This document shows positions 16,393-24,000 of a DNA stretch of 24,000 nucleotides, piece after piece. Below the pieces are notes generated by a model. The model was not told the DNA's origin. It saw only the letters and a list, made by a program, of their open reading frames with translations, and made no database searches. A program made the position numbers and the translations under genes. The stretch lies in contig NZ_QVFV01000013.1 in the NCBI RefSeq assembly GCF_004212215.1, forward strand, positions 21,030-45,029, given 5' to 3'. Position 1 is the stretch's first letter, and each line of letters starts with the position of its first letter. The stretch comes from Leptolyngbya iicbica LK. GTDB lineage: Bacteria > Cyanobacteriota > Cyanobacteriia > Phormidesmidales > Phormidesmidaceae.

Positions 16393-16770
16393 GGTAAATG
16401 CATCCCTTTGTAGTTGTATGTGTCGTGAGTGTTGCAACGTTTATACAACCTCACGTAGTCACCCATACTAAAAATGCCTAACTCAGCGCGCCCGCTAACG
16501 TCAAACGGTTTGAAAATACTTATTCACAGCAATTTTTTCTCATCCTTAAGCCAATCCAAGGCATCACAGCATCGACTCTCCAGCCAGTTCATCTCAACAT
16601 AAATACTCAGCTAGAATTACAAGCTCATCAATTTTCATTGAAGCCTCTTAGGAAATTCAGTCGCCCTCAATAGCCAAGGCATCGCAGCAAGATTTACTCA
16701 TCGCGATCGCCCCATCCCCCCTCTAAATCACCCATGTGATTGGGTCAGCTACTGCAACCAACTAAAATCG

Positions 16771-16809
16771 TCAAACTAAAAAGGATGCACGGCCAAACCG
16801 TACATCCTT
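16771..16809 (-). terminator. Rho-independent terminator of the ndhCKJ operon
   Basis: On the minus strand, AAGGATGTACGG - TTTGG - CCGTGCATCCTT forms 12 bp with one G:U pair. It is followed by TTTAGTTT and begins 33 nt after the ndhJ stop. Confidence 0.7.
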
Positions 16810-16841
16810 CAAACTACCTAGCCATAAATCTAAGTGGCGCC

Positions 16842-17375
16842 CTAGTAAGCGTCTTGCAATTCGTAAAAATCTGGCGAAATGTAGTCTTTGCGCAAAGGCC
16901 ATCCCTTCCAGTCTTCCGGCATCAGCAACCGCTTCAAATTAGGATGTCCTTCGTACACAATGCCGTACATGTCATAGCTTTCACGCTCTTGCCAGTCAGC
17001 AGCCTTCCAAATCCAGTAAACCGAAGGTAGCGTCGGGTTTTCGCGCGGCAAAAACACTTTTACCCGCACCTCTTCTGGACTAGTGGCATCATCACTGACT
17101 TTCACTAGATGGTAAAAACTCACTAGAGACTTACCAGGGCCTTCATCATACGCCCCTTGACATTGCAGATAGTTAAACCCATAAGCAAACAAAGCCGTGC
17201 AAATAGGAATCAAAAACTGCGGTTCAACCGTTAGCACTTCAATTCCTAAATGATCAGGAGCTAAAGACTCGTGACCAAAGCCATTCTCAGTCAGCCACTT
17301 TGATACGGGCCCGGCCTCAACAATGGCCCCGCCATCTTCAGCAGTCTCATTCTGATTTACATCCGCATCAGCCAT
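16842..17375 (-). CDS. ndhJ: NAD(P)H-quinone oxidoreductase (NDH-1) subunit J
   Basis: The ORF is open to 17414. ATG 17375 is preceded by GCAGGAGGAAGTCA. The product ([10 protein letters not shown]...[13 protein letters not shown]...[43 protein letters not shown]) is a clear NdhJ/NuoC-type sequence. Confidence 0.92.
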   Translation of the reverse strand: MADADVNQNETAEDGGAIVEAGPVSKWLTENGFGHESLAPDHLGIEVLTVEPQFLIPICTALFAYGFNYLQCQGAYDEGPGKSLVSFYHLVKVSDDATSPEEVRVKVFLPRENPTLPSVYWIWKAADWQERESYDMYGIVYEGHPNLKRLLMPEDWKGWPLRKDYISPDFYELQDAY

Positions 17376-18099
17376 TGACTTCCTCCTGCTTCGCTTCTTC
17401 CAAAGAAGATTCAACCGACATGCCCATCGCGGCCATCAATTCTTTTGGCGGCGTTTCGTGGGTGCCCGTCTGCAAATATTTGCCCGTCAAGATCGGCGAA
17501 ACACTCTGCATCTGATGCTGGGTCGTATGGTATCGGTGGGTTTGAGCGATCGCGGATTGATCGGCCCAAGATTCAGTCGCAATCTTCTTCCGCAGCTTAA
17601 TAATCGCGTCAAAAATCGCCTCTGGTCGGGGCGGACAACCGGGAATGTAAACATCCACCGGAATCAACTTATCAACCCCTCGTACTGCTGTCGGCGAATC
17701 CATACTGAACATACCGCCCGTAATCGTACAGGCACCCATCGCAATCACATACTTAGGATCAGGCATCTGTTCATACAACCGCACCAACGCTGGAGCCATC
17801 TTCATCGTGATGGTACCGGCAGTAATAATCAGATCAGCTTGCCGGGGAGAGGCCCGTGGCAACAGGCCAAAGCGGTCAAAGTCAAACCGCGAACCAATCA
17901 GTGCTGCAAATTCAATAAAACAGCAAGCGGTGCCATATAGCAGTGGAAACAAACTAGACAAACGAGTCCAGTTGTACAGATCATCCACCGTAGTCAAAAT
18001 GACATTTTCAGAGAGATCCTGGGTTACCGTCGGAGCGCCAACTGGATTTATCAAACGCTCGTCAGGAGCCAGCATCGGTGCCTTACTTTCAGGGTTCAT
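17368..18099 (-). CDS. ndhK: NDH-1 subunit K (NuoB-type, [4Fe-4S] N2 site)
   Basis: The ORF is open to 18126. [37 protein letters not shown] and [13 protein letters not shown] carry the conserved Cys ligands. ATG 18099 forms an ATGA overlap with the ndhC stop; ATG 18105 is an alternative. Confidence 0.92.
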   Translation of the reverse strand: MNPESKAPMLAPDERLINPVGAPTVTQDLSENVILTTVDDLYNWTRLSSLFPLLYGTACCFIEFAALIGSRFDFDRFGLLPRASPRQADLIITAGTITMKMAPALVRLYEQMPDPKYVIAMGACTITGGMFSMDSPTAVRGVDKLIPVDVYIPGCPPRPEAIFDAIIKLRKKIATESWADQSAIAQTHRYHTTQHQMQSVSPILTGKYLQTGTHETPPKELMAAMGMSVESSLEEAKQEEVNG

Positions 18100-18458
18100 G
18101 ACCATTCCAATGCTCCTTTTCGCCATGCGTACACCAAACCGACCACTAGAATCGCAATGAAAATCAGCGCCTCTATAAATGCCAGGAGTCCCAGCTTGCT
18201 AAAGGCCACCGCCCAGGGATACAAAAACACTGTTTCAACGTCAAAAATGACAAATACCAGGGCAAACATGTAATAACGGATGTTGAATTGAATCCACGCT
18301 CCGCCAATGGGCTCCATCCCCGATTCATAAGTAGTTCGACGACTCGCCCCTTCTCGCTTGGGTCGCAAAAAGTAAGCGATGCCAAGGGCCAAAATCGGTA
18401 CTGAACCACATAAGAGGAGAAAGACTAAGAGGTATTCGTATCCGGTTAAGACAAACAC
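18096..18458 (-). CDS. ndhC: NDH-1 subunit C (NuoA-type)
   Basis: 120 aa with a GTG start at 18458 and GAGGAT upstream. The product reads (M)[10 protein letters not shown]...[45 protein letters not shown]...WRKGALEWS. It is highly similar to cyanobacterial NdhC as I remember it. Confidence 0.93.
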   Translation of the reverse strand: MFVLTGYEYLLVFLLLCGSVPILALGIAYFLRPKREGASRRTTYESGMEPIGGAWIQFNIRYYMFALVFVIFDVETVFLYPWAVAFSKLGLLAFIEALIFIAILVVGLVYAWRKGALEWS

Positions 18459-18778
18459 TGCGTATCCTCACTCACGATCGCACACAGTCTTTTGCTGTAC
18501 GCATTTCCATATTAGTTTACATTTGCTTGAACTTCAGACCGTTGCGCGCCGTGAGTGTTTTGCAGTTTCCATGCGGGTGATTAGGCAGTCTCATCATTGA
18601 GCCACAGCAAAATTGGCGCGGTTGATCACGACCTTCAAAATTGACCTGGTAACAAGTAAGGTTCAGCGCCATGTCATAATTGGTAAGAAATATTGCAATT
18701 TTTCATAATCAGCCTTCAGCGGTCTAATGAAGACTAGCTGGCTGATGTTGCTTGTAGAGCCGTCGAGGGAAATTAGTG

Positions 18779-19225
18779 ATGTCGCCTGAGCCTAATCAGC
18801 AAGTTGAGCCGAGCAGCCCGCTTGATGACCAATCGGTTGATCAGCAAAATGCCACACCGATTGAGGAGACAAACGCCGATTCGGCAGCCGAGCCGGACAA
18901 GCCGTTAACTCCACGGGAAATGGATCGATTTGAGTGTATGGCCTGTGGTTATACCTATGAGCCGACCAAAGGGGACGATCGCAGCGGGATTAAAGCCGGT
19001 GTGCCATTTCAAGACGTACCGCTGAATTGGCGATGTCCGGTTTGCGGAGCCCAGAAAAAGCGTTTTGCCAATGTTGGGCCAGCTGGCACCCCCTCGGGCT
19101 TTAAAGAAAATCTGAATTATGGCTTGGGCGTGAATACCTTGACGCCTGGTCAGAAGAATATTCTGATTTTTGGAGCCTTAGCAGTTGGTTTTTTCTTCTT
19201 TATTAGCCTTTATGGTTTGCGATAA
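18779..19225 (+). CDS. rubA: Membrane-anchored rubredoxin (photosystem II assembly factor RubA) with a long acidic N-terminal extension
   Basis: The rubredoxin core is FECMACGYTYEP...NWRCPVCGAQKKRF (two CxxC pairs). The flexible linker is GPAGTPSGFKENLNYGLGVN. The C-terminal TM helix is NILIFGALAVGFFFFISLYGL. GAGGGA lies 8 nt upstream of ATG 18779. Confidence 0.88.
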   Translation: MSPEPNQQVEPSSPLDDQSVDQQNATPIEETNADSAAEPDKPLTPREMDRFECMACGYTYEPTKGDDRSGIKAGVPFQDVPLNWRCPVCGAQKKRFANVGPAGTPSGFKENLNYGLGVNTLTPGQKNILIFGALAVGFFFFISLYGLR

Positions 19226-19292
19226 CTCCAGGGCGCCCAGAGTTAAAGATACGAACGTTGATGTTGTTACGGCTGAGGATGGTGAGGCTAGC

Positions 19293-20300
19293 ATGGGTGG
19301 TTTATTAGTTCATTTACGAAAGTTTGGGGCGATTGTGGCGATCGCTTTTCTGTGTTTCGGGTGCAGCAATGCGTTTTTGCCCGACCTCGAAAACAATCCT
19401 TGGGAGGTCGTGCATCTGGATACAGAGGCGACGTTCTCTGACATTGCTTTTACCGATGATGCTGATCACGGCTGGCTGGTGGGCAGTCGCAGCACCCTGA
19501 TGGAAACCCGTGACGGTGGCAAAACCTGGGCCCAGCGATCGCTCGACCTGGGAGATAAAGGGTTTACCTTTACCTCCGTGAGTTTTGTGGGCAATGAAGG
19601 TTGGGTCGCTGGCCAACCCCAAATTCTGCTCCACACCACGAATGGGGGCGACACTTGGGAACGGGTCCCCCTGAGCGACAAATTACCCGGTAAGCCTTTC
19701 CTCATTACGGCCCTAGCAGATAAAGAAGCTGAGTTGGCCACCGATGTAGGCGCCATTTATCGCACCCGCGATGGTGGCCAGAACTGGAAAGGGCTCGTAT
19801 TAGGGGCTGTAGGCGTTGTCCGCAACATGAGTCGGAGTCCCGACGGCAGCTACGCGGCCGTCTCTTCACGGGGCAACTTTTACTCTCTGTGGTCCCCTGG
19901 CGATTTGGAATGGCGTCCTTTCAACCGTGAGAGCTCTCGCCGCTTGCAAAATATTGGTTTTGACCAAGATGGTGGCTTATGGCTGCTAGAACGGGGCGGA
20001 CAGATTCAGTTTTCGCTCACGGGCGAAGAGGAAGATTGGCAGGAGCCGATCACCCCTGAGTTAGCTACTAGCTGGGGCTTTTTGGATGCGGCCTTCCGCA
20101 CGTCTGAGGAACTTTGGGTTTCCGGCGGGAGTGGAACGCTGTACTTCAGTCCCGATGATGGGTTGACCTGGTTCAAAGATGCTGACGTTGATCAGGTCCC
20201 CTCGAACCTGTATCGCATCATTTTCAATACCCCAGACCAGGGTTTCATCTTGGGCCAAAACGGTTACTTACTGCGGTATGCTGGCGCTCAAGCAGCTTAA
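19293..20300 (+). CDS. ycf48: Photosystem II assembly lipoprotein Ycf48 (HCF136 homologue), 7-bladed beta-propeller
   Basis: The frame is open from 19185. ATG 19293 gives MGGLLVHLRKFGAIVAIAFLCFGC (signal peptide plus lipobox). Repeated Asp-box-like motifs are present: DGGKTW, NGGDTW, DGGQNW, DDGLTW. Its position between rubA and psbE is the conserved one. Confidence 0.9.
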   Translation: MGGLLVHLRKFGAIVAIAFLCFGCSNAFLPDLENNPWEVVHLDTEATFSDIAFTDDADHGWLVGSRSTLMETRDGGKTWAQRSLDLGDKGFTFTSVSFVGNEGWVAGQPQILLHTTNGGDTWERVPLSDKLPGKPFLITALADKEAELATDVGAIYRTRDGGQNWKGLVLGAVGVVRNMSRSPDGSYAAVSSRGNFYSLWSPGDLEWRPFNRESSRRLQNIGFDQDGGLWLLERGGQIQFSLTGEEEDWQEPITPELATSWGFLDAAFRTSEELWVSGGSGTLYFSPDDGLTWFKDADVDQVPSNLYRIIFNTPDQGFILGQNGYLLRYAGAQAA

Positions 20301-20405
20301 GGTCGGCTCGTGGAATGCGGAACTTAGCATCTAACTTGTGATGGATTCCTGAGTTCCGTATCATTAAGTAATAGGATTGATACACACGTTACATGTGAGG
20401 TTGAT

Positions 20406-20654
20406 ATGGCAGGTGATACCGGCGAACGGCCCTTTGGCGACATTATTACAAGCATCCGTTACTGGGTCATTCATAGTGTTACCATCCCCGCTTTGTTTAT
20501 TGCTGGCTGGCTCTTTGTGAGCACTGGTTTGGCTTACGATGCCTTTGGCACTCCTCGTCCCAACGAGTATTACCAGAGCAATCAGATGGAACTGCCCATT
20601 GTGTCGGATCGCTATGAGGCAGAACAGCAAATTAAAGAGTTTTTGGGCCAATAA
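20406..20654 (+). CDS. psbE: Cytochrome b559 alpha subunit
   Basis: [56 protein letters not shown]... is a canonical PsbE with the heme-ligand His in the RYWVIH context. GAGG lies upstream. Confidence 0.96.
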   Translation: MAGDTGERPFGDIITSIRYWVIHSVTIPALFIAGWLFVSTGLAYDAFGTPRPNEYYQSNQMELPIVSDRYEAEQQIKEFLGQ

Positions 20655-20708
20655 CGGCGCTCAAAACTGTTAACCCTTAGTGCAGTCGAACGAATTAGTG
20701 AGCAGGAC

Positions 20709-20840
20709 ATGACGAACACTCCCAATGAACCAACGGTTTATCCCATTTTTACGGTGCGGTGGCTAGCCGTACACACCCTTGGCGTTCCCAGCGTTTTCTT
20801 CTTGGGCGCGATCGCCGCAATGCAGTTTATTCAGCGATAG
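20709..20840 (+). CDS. psbF: Cytochrome b559 beta subunit
   Basis: It is below the track size cut-off, so this is my own translation: [43 protein letters not shown] (43 aa). This is a canonical PsbF. Confidence 0.95.
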   Translation: MTNTPNEPTVYPIFTVRWLAVHTLGVPSVFFLGAIAAMQFIQR

Positions 20841-20850
20841 GAGCACACCA

Positions 20851-20970
20851 GTGGAACGGAATCAGAATCCGAATAAACAACCAGTTGAGCTGAACCGGAC
20901 ATCCCTTTATCTGGGACTGTTGCTGGTCTTTGTGACTGGGTTGCTGTTTTCCAGTTATTTCTTCAACTAA
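20851..20970 (+). CDS. psbL: Photosystem II protein L
   Basis: GTG 20851 gives (M)[38 protein letters not shown] (39 aa), a canonical PsbL. It is in the same frame as track ORF 20779..20970, whose N-terminal part overlaps psbF and is not credible. Confidence 0.9.
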   Translation: MERNQNPNKQPVELNRTSLYLGLLLVFVTGLLFSSYFFN

Positions 20971-21048
20971 GTCTGGCAAGTCATTAGTTTCATCAGGCTT
21001 TGAGCCGCTGTTGTTGTGTTGATTAGTTTGTGAGTAGGAGGTACCAAA

Positions 21049-21168
21049 ATGATTAAGAATGGACGGATTCCTTTGTGGATTGTGGCCACCGTTGCTGGCA
21101 CTGGTGTGCTGGTGGTAGTCGGTCTGTTTTTCTACGGGGCTTATGCGGGCGTCGGTTCAGCCGTTTAG
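21049..21168 (+). CDS. psbJ: Photosystem II protein J
   Basis: My translation is [39 protein letters not shown] (39 aa), a canonical PsbJ. TAGGAGG lies 8 nt upstream. Confidence 0.9.
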   Translation: MIKNGRIPLWIVATVAGTGVLVVVGLFFYGAYAGVGSAV

Positions 21169-21207
21169 TTAATCTTGGCAGGCGCTTCTATTGCTGTCAT
21201 ACGCCTC

Positions 21208-21238
21208 AAAGCGGTTGCTTAACCAGCAGCCGCTTTTT
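21208..21238 (+). terminator. Rho-independent terminator after psbJ, A-tract/T-tract flanked and so probably bidirectional (convergent ABC permease gene)
   Basis: GCGGTTGCT (21211-21219) pairs with AGCAGCCGC (21225-21233), 9 bp including one G:T pair, around a 5-nt loop. It is preceded by AAA and followed by TTTTT. Confidence 0.7.
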
Positions 21239-21370
21239 AGTTGCTTAAAATTTGAATCGCTGAATCATTTTATGAATACTCGCGCCTCCTACTTCATCGC
21301 CTGCAGTCATGTCGCCTGAGGTGAAGTGAGCGGGGAGATGCTTTTGGGCAATAATGTATTCGCTTTCGGC

Positions 21371-21994
21371 CTACCGCTGATGGGCGGGCCGACTTCGTTG
21401 TTCGAGCCAGAGCAAGAGACCGTTGAAGGCAAAGGCGAGGATGGCGACTGCGATCGCGCCAGCCCAAATTTTGTCAATGCGATTCGTTTGAATGCCGTCG
21501 AACAAGAGTGTACCCAAGCCGCCAGCATTGAACTTGGCACCGATCGTCGCGATCGCGATCGCCACAATTGCGGCAATTCTCACCCCCGCTACAAACACAG
21601 GCAACACCAACGGCACCTGCACCCACCACCACCGTTGCCATAGGCTCATGCCCATGCCCCGCGCCGCTTCGAGTATCGAGCCATCAATGCCCGCCAGGCC
21701 CACGGTGAGGTTGCGTACCAAAATGACCTGGGTATAGATCACCATTGCCACGATGACCGAGGTCGCATTGAGCCCAAACACAGGCACCAGAAAAATAATC
21801 AGCGCCAGACTAGGAATCGTGTAAAAAATTCCCAATAGCCCCATCACCGGAACGGAAAGCCAGCGCACATGGTTAATCAACAAGGCAATGGGAACGGCAA
21901 TCAGAATAGCGATCGCCAAAGCACTGAGCGTCATCTGTAAATGCTGCCAGACCAGGGTTGCGATTTCGCCAGGGTGGTTCAGCAAATAGGCCAT
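21371..21994 (-). CDS. ABC transporter permease, osmoprotectant (glycine betaine/choline) uptake type
   Basis: 207 aa with five or six TM segments and an EAA-loop (ILEAARGMGMSLWQRWWWVQVPL). It resembles OpuCB/YehW-type permeases. Its start codon shares one nucleotide with the ATPase stop (TGATG). Confidence 0.85.
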   Translation of the reverse strand: MAYLLNHPGEIATLVWQHLQMTLSALAIAILIAVPIALLINHVRWLSVPVMGLLGIFYTIPSLALIIFLVPVFGLNATSVIVAMVIYTQVILVRNLTVGLAGIDGSILEAARGMGMSLWQRWWWVQVPLVLPVFVAGVRIAAIVAIAIATIGAKFNAGGLGTLLFDGIQTNRIDKIWAGAIAVAILAFAFNGLLLWLEQRSRPAHQR

Positions 21995-22962
21995 CAGTGG
22001 TTGTGCTCCCGGGCGCAGGTGCGAATGTGATCCAACGTTAATCGTCCGACGGGTTCACCCTGACGGACAACAGTAAGTTCAGGGGCTCCAGTTTTTAGAA
22101 TGATGGATAAGGCATCGCGCAGGTTGGCGTCAGCCTCAACCACTGGATGCTGACCGGGTTGAAACGGGGCTGGCAGTGGCATCAGCGCCGCATCGACTGG
22201 GACCTGCCCTAACTGACGCACCATATCGTCAGCGCCTAAAAGTTGATGAACAAAGGGATCGGCAGGTTGCGTTAACAGCTTGAAAGGGGTGTCAAATTGG
22301 ACAATCCGCCCCGCATTCATGACGATAATGCGATCGCCCAACCGCAGTGCTTCATCCACATCGTGAGAGACAAACAGGATCGTTTTTTTCAATTGCTGAT
22401 GCAAGCGCAGAATCTCTGCCTGCAGGGCATTTCGAGTAATCGCGTCAATCGCCCCAAACGGCTCATCCATCAACATATAGTCGGGATTACCCGCTAAGGC
22501 ACGAGCGATGCCGACCCGCTGTTGTTGACCACCCGATAACTGAGCCGGATAGCGATCGCGATAGTCAGCAGGCGGCAGTTTTACCAAATCCAGCAGTTCA
22601 TCCACCCGAGCTTGAATTTTTTGCATCGGCCACTTCAGCAACTTGGGCACCACAGCCACATTATTCGCGACCGTCATATGGGGAAATAACCCCGATTGTT
22701 GAATCACGTAGCCAATTTTTTGGCGCAGTGTTGTCGGGCGTAACGCTTTGATATTTTGCCCGGCCATCGTGATGCGCCCTTTAGTAGGCTCATAAAGGCG
22801 GTTGACCATCTTTAGCAGAGTCGTTTTACCGCAGCCCGAAGGCCCCAAAATGACGACCAATTCACCCGATTGAATTTCACAAGTCACCTGATCCACCGCT
22901 GGGCGAGCCATCCCCGCAAATTTCAGCGTGACCTGTTCAAATAAAATATTGCCCATTGCCAA
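21994..22962 (-). CDS. ABC transporter ATP-binding protein, osmoprotectant uptake type, with C-terminal regulatory extension
   Basis: Walker A is GPSGCGKTT, the signature is LSGGQQQRVGIARAL, Walker B is MLMDEPFGAID and the H-loop is VSHD. A tail of roughly 90 aa follows the ABC core (CBS-like, not verified). Confidence 0.9.
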   Translation of the reverse strand: MAMGNILFEQVTLKFAGMARPAVDQVTCEIQSGELVVILGPSGCGKTTLLKMVNRLYEPTKGRITMAGQNIKALRPTTLRQKIGYVIQQSGLFPHMTVANNVAVVPKLLKWPMQKIQARVDELLDLVKLPPADYRDRYPAQLSGGQQQRVGIARALAGNPDYMLMDEPFGAIDAITRNALQAEILRLHQQLKKTILFVSHDVDEALRLGDRIIVMNAGRIVQFDTPFKLLTQPADPFVHQLLGADDMVRQLGQVPVDAALMPLPAPFQPGQHPVVEADANLRDALSIILKTGAPELTVVRQGEPVGRLTLDHIRTCAREHNH

Positions 22963-23073
22963 CCTAAAAAGTGGTCAGAATTAAGCCCTGTAAGGGGCAA
23001 TCGCTGCCGTGAAATGAGTGGCCAAGCTCACTCCGCCCCTCGACAACCAGAGTCAACCCAAGCATCTAAGGCT

Positions 23074-24000
23074 TTACTCAGCCTCGCTGGCAGCAGCTTC
23101 TAGCAGCCCAGACTCTTGCAAAAACTGCAGCGCCACCGCATCTGGCTCCTGAGCTTCACCTGTGACCTGATAATTAAGCGACTGCATCACCTCGTCAGTA
23201 ATCAGCGGCGCCAGACTATTCAAAATATCTCGGACATCAGGATTCGCATCTAACACCTCTTGACGCACCACAGGCGCAACTTGATAAGGCGGAAAGAGTT
23301 GTTGATCGTCCTCCAACAACACCAGGTCAAACGCGCTGATTTCACCATCTGTACCAAAGGCGACAGCCACATCAGCTTCACCATCGACTAAGCCTTTATA
23401 ACGCAACCCGGCATCGACGGCTTTGTAACTATTGAGTTGAAAATTTCCATAGGCGGCTTGCAGACCCGGTAAGCCGTCTTCCCGAACTTCAAACTCGGGG
23501 GGGCCAATTAAAGTGAGGTTGCTGGCTTGAGCTGCGAACTCAGAAATTGTCGTAATGCCCAATTCGCTAGACTTCTCTTGGGTCATGGCCAATGCCTGAG
23601 TATTATTCATCGGCGACGGCTCTAGCCAAACCAAATTGAACTGTTCTTGGTACTGACTCGAAACCGTTTCGTATACCACCGTCGGATCACTATTCGCCTC
23701 GGCTTTGAGTACCGTTAATAAACCAGTGCCCGTATATTCAGGATATAAATCAATTTCGCCACTTTCGAGCGCCGCTTGGGCAACGGGGGTGCCGCCCAAG
23801 TTCAACTTGCGCTCGACCGAGTAGCCTGCGTCTTCCAGCACAAGCGCATACATTTCGCCCAAGATGAGCTGCTCAGTAAAATCTTTTGAGCCTACGCGGA
23901 TGACATCGCTACCGCCGTTATTACCTGCGCAGGCCACAGTAACGAATACTGCACAGACAAATAGAGCCACTGGGGACAACCAACGTCGCCAAATTCTCAT
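23074..24000 (-). CDS. ABC transporter substrate-binding lipoprotein, glycine betaine/choline-binding (OpuAC/OsmF-type) family
   Basis: The ATG falls exactly at 24000. The signal peptide plus Cys is ALFVCAVFVTVAC. The mature part begins IRVGSKDFTEQLILGEMYALVLEDAGYSVERKLNLGG...IDLYPEYTGTGL, typical of OsmF/OpuCC-like binding proteins. Confidence 0.85.
   Translation of the reverse strand: MRIWRRWLSPVALFVCAVFVTVACAGNNGGSDVIRVGSKDFTEQLILGEMYALVLEDAGYSVERKLNLGGTPVAQAALESGEIDLYPEYTGTGLLTVLKAEANSDPTVVYETVSSQYQEQFNLVWLEPSPMNNTQALAMTQEKSSELGITTISEFAAQASNLTLIGPPEFEVREDGLPGLQAAYGNFQLNSYKAVDAGLRYKGLVDGEADVAVAFGTDGEISAFDLVLLEDDQQLFPPYQVAPVVRQEVLDANPDVRDILNSLAPLITDEVMQSLNYQVTGEAQEPDAVALQFLQESGLLEAAASEAE

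Noticed and set aside
17458-18409. ORFs antisense to or out of frame with ndhK/ndhC (17458..17940, 17807..18160, 18173..18409), and 20364..20651 antisense to psbE
   Set aside because: They overlap highly conserved, unambiguous photosynthesis/NDH-1 genes and have implausible products.
21240-21370. 21-aa minus-strand ORF (MTAGDEVGGASIHKMIQRFKF) and possible extra gene between the permease stop and the psbJ terminator
   Set aside because: It is too short, has no SD and lies in the 3' UTR before the shared terminator. Nothing supports it.

Overview
The window looks like a cyanobacterial chromosome segment. The evidence is the HIP1 octamer GCGATCGC, which I located by eye about 50 times, and a run of oxygenic-photosynthesis genes. 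Most of it is densely packed core genome. Left to right: sat (5' part, runs off the left edge), mnmA, a secreted protein with two SPOR-like domains, nnr, two lipoproteins of unknown function (one acidic and LEA-like), initiator tRNA-fMet, an M50/S2P protease with CBS domains, a PAS-PAS sensor histidine kinase downstream of a CpdA-like metallophosphoesterase, a pentapeptide-repeat protein, an MFS transporter, an M23 peptidase, ndhC-ndhK-ndhJ, the divergent rubA-ycf48-psbE-psbF-psbL-psbJ cluster, and an osmoprotectant-type ABC importer (binding protein, ATPase, one permease). I found no transposase, integrase, reverse transcriptase, CRISPR array, restriction or defence gene, or prophage gene. 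I cannot point to a convincing new multi-gene system. What the gene models leave unexplained is mostly non-coding. There are two unusually long ORF-poor islands (4921-5857 and 12402-13278) containing a long bulged hairpin, a MITE-like imperfect inverted-repeat element and a candidate small hydrophobic/basic peptide. A perfect 14-bp GC-rich stem-loop followed by a terminator-like hairpin lies upstream of tRNA-fMet. Mutually exclusive HIP1-centred hairpins lie upstream of the MFS gene, and a 16-nt direct repeat lies upstream of the M23 peptidase. All functional readings of these elements are hypotheses; only the sequence patterns are directly observed.
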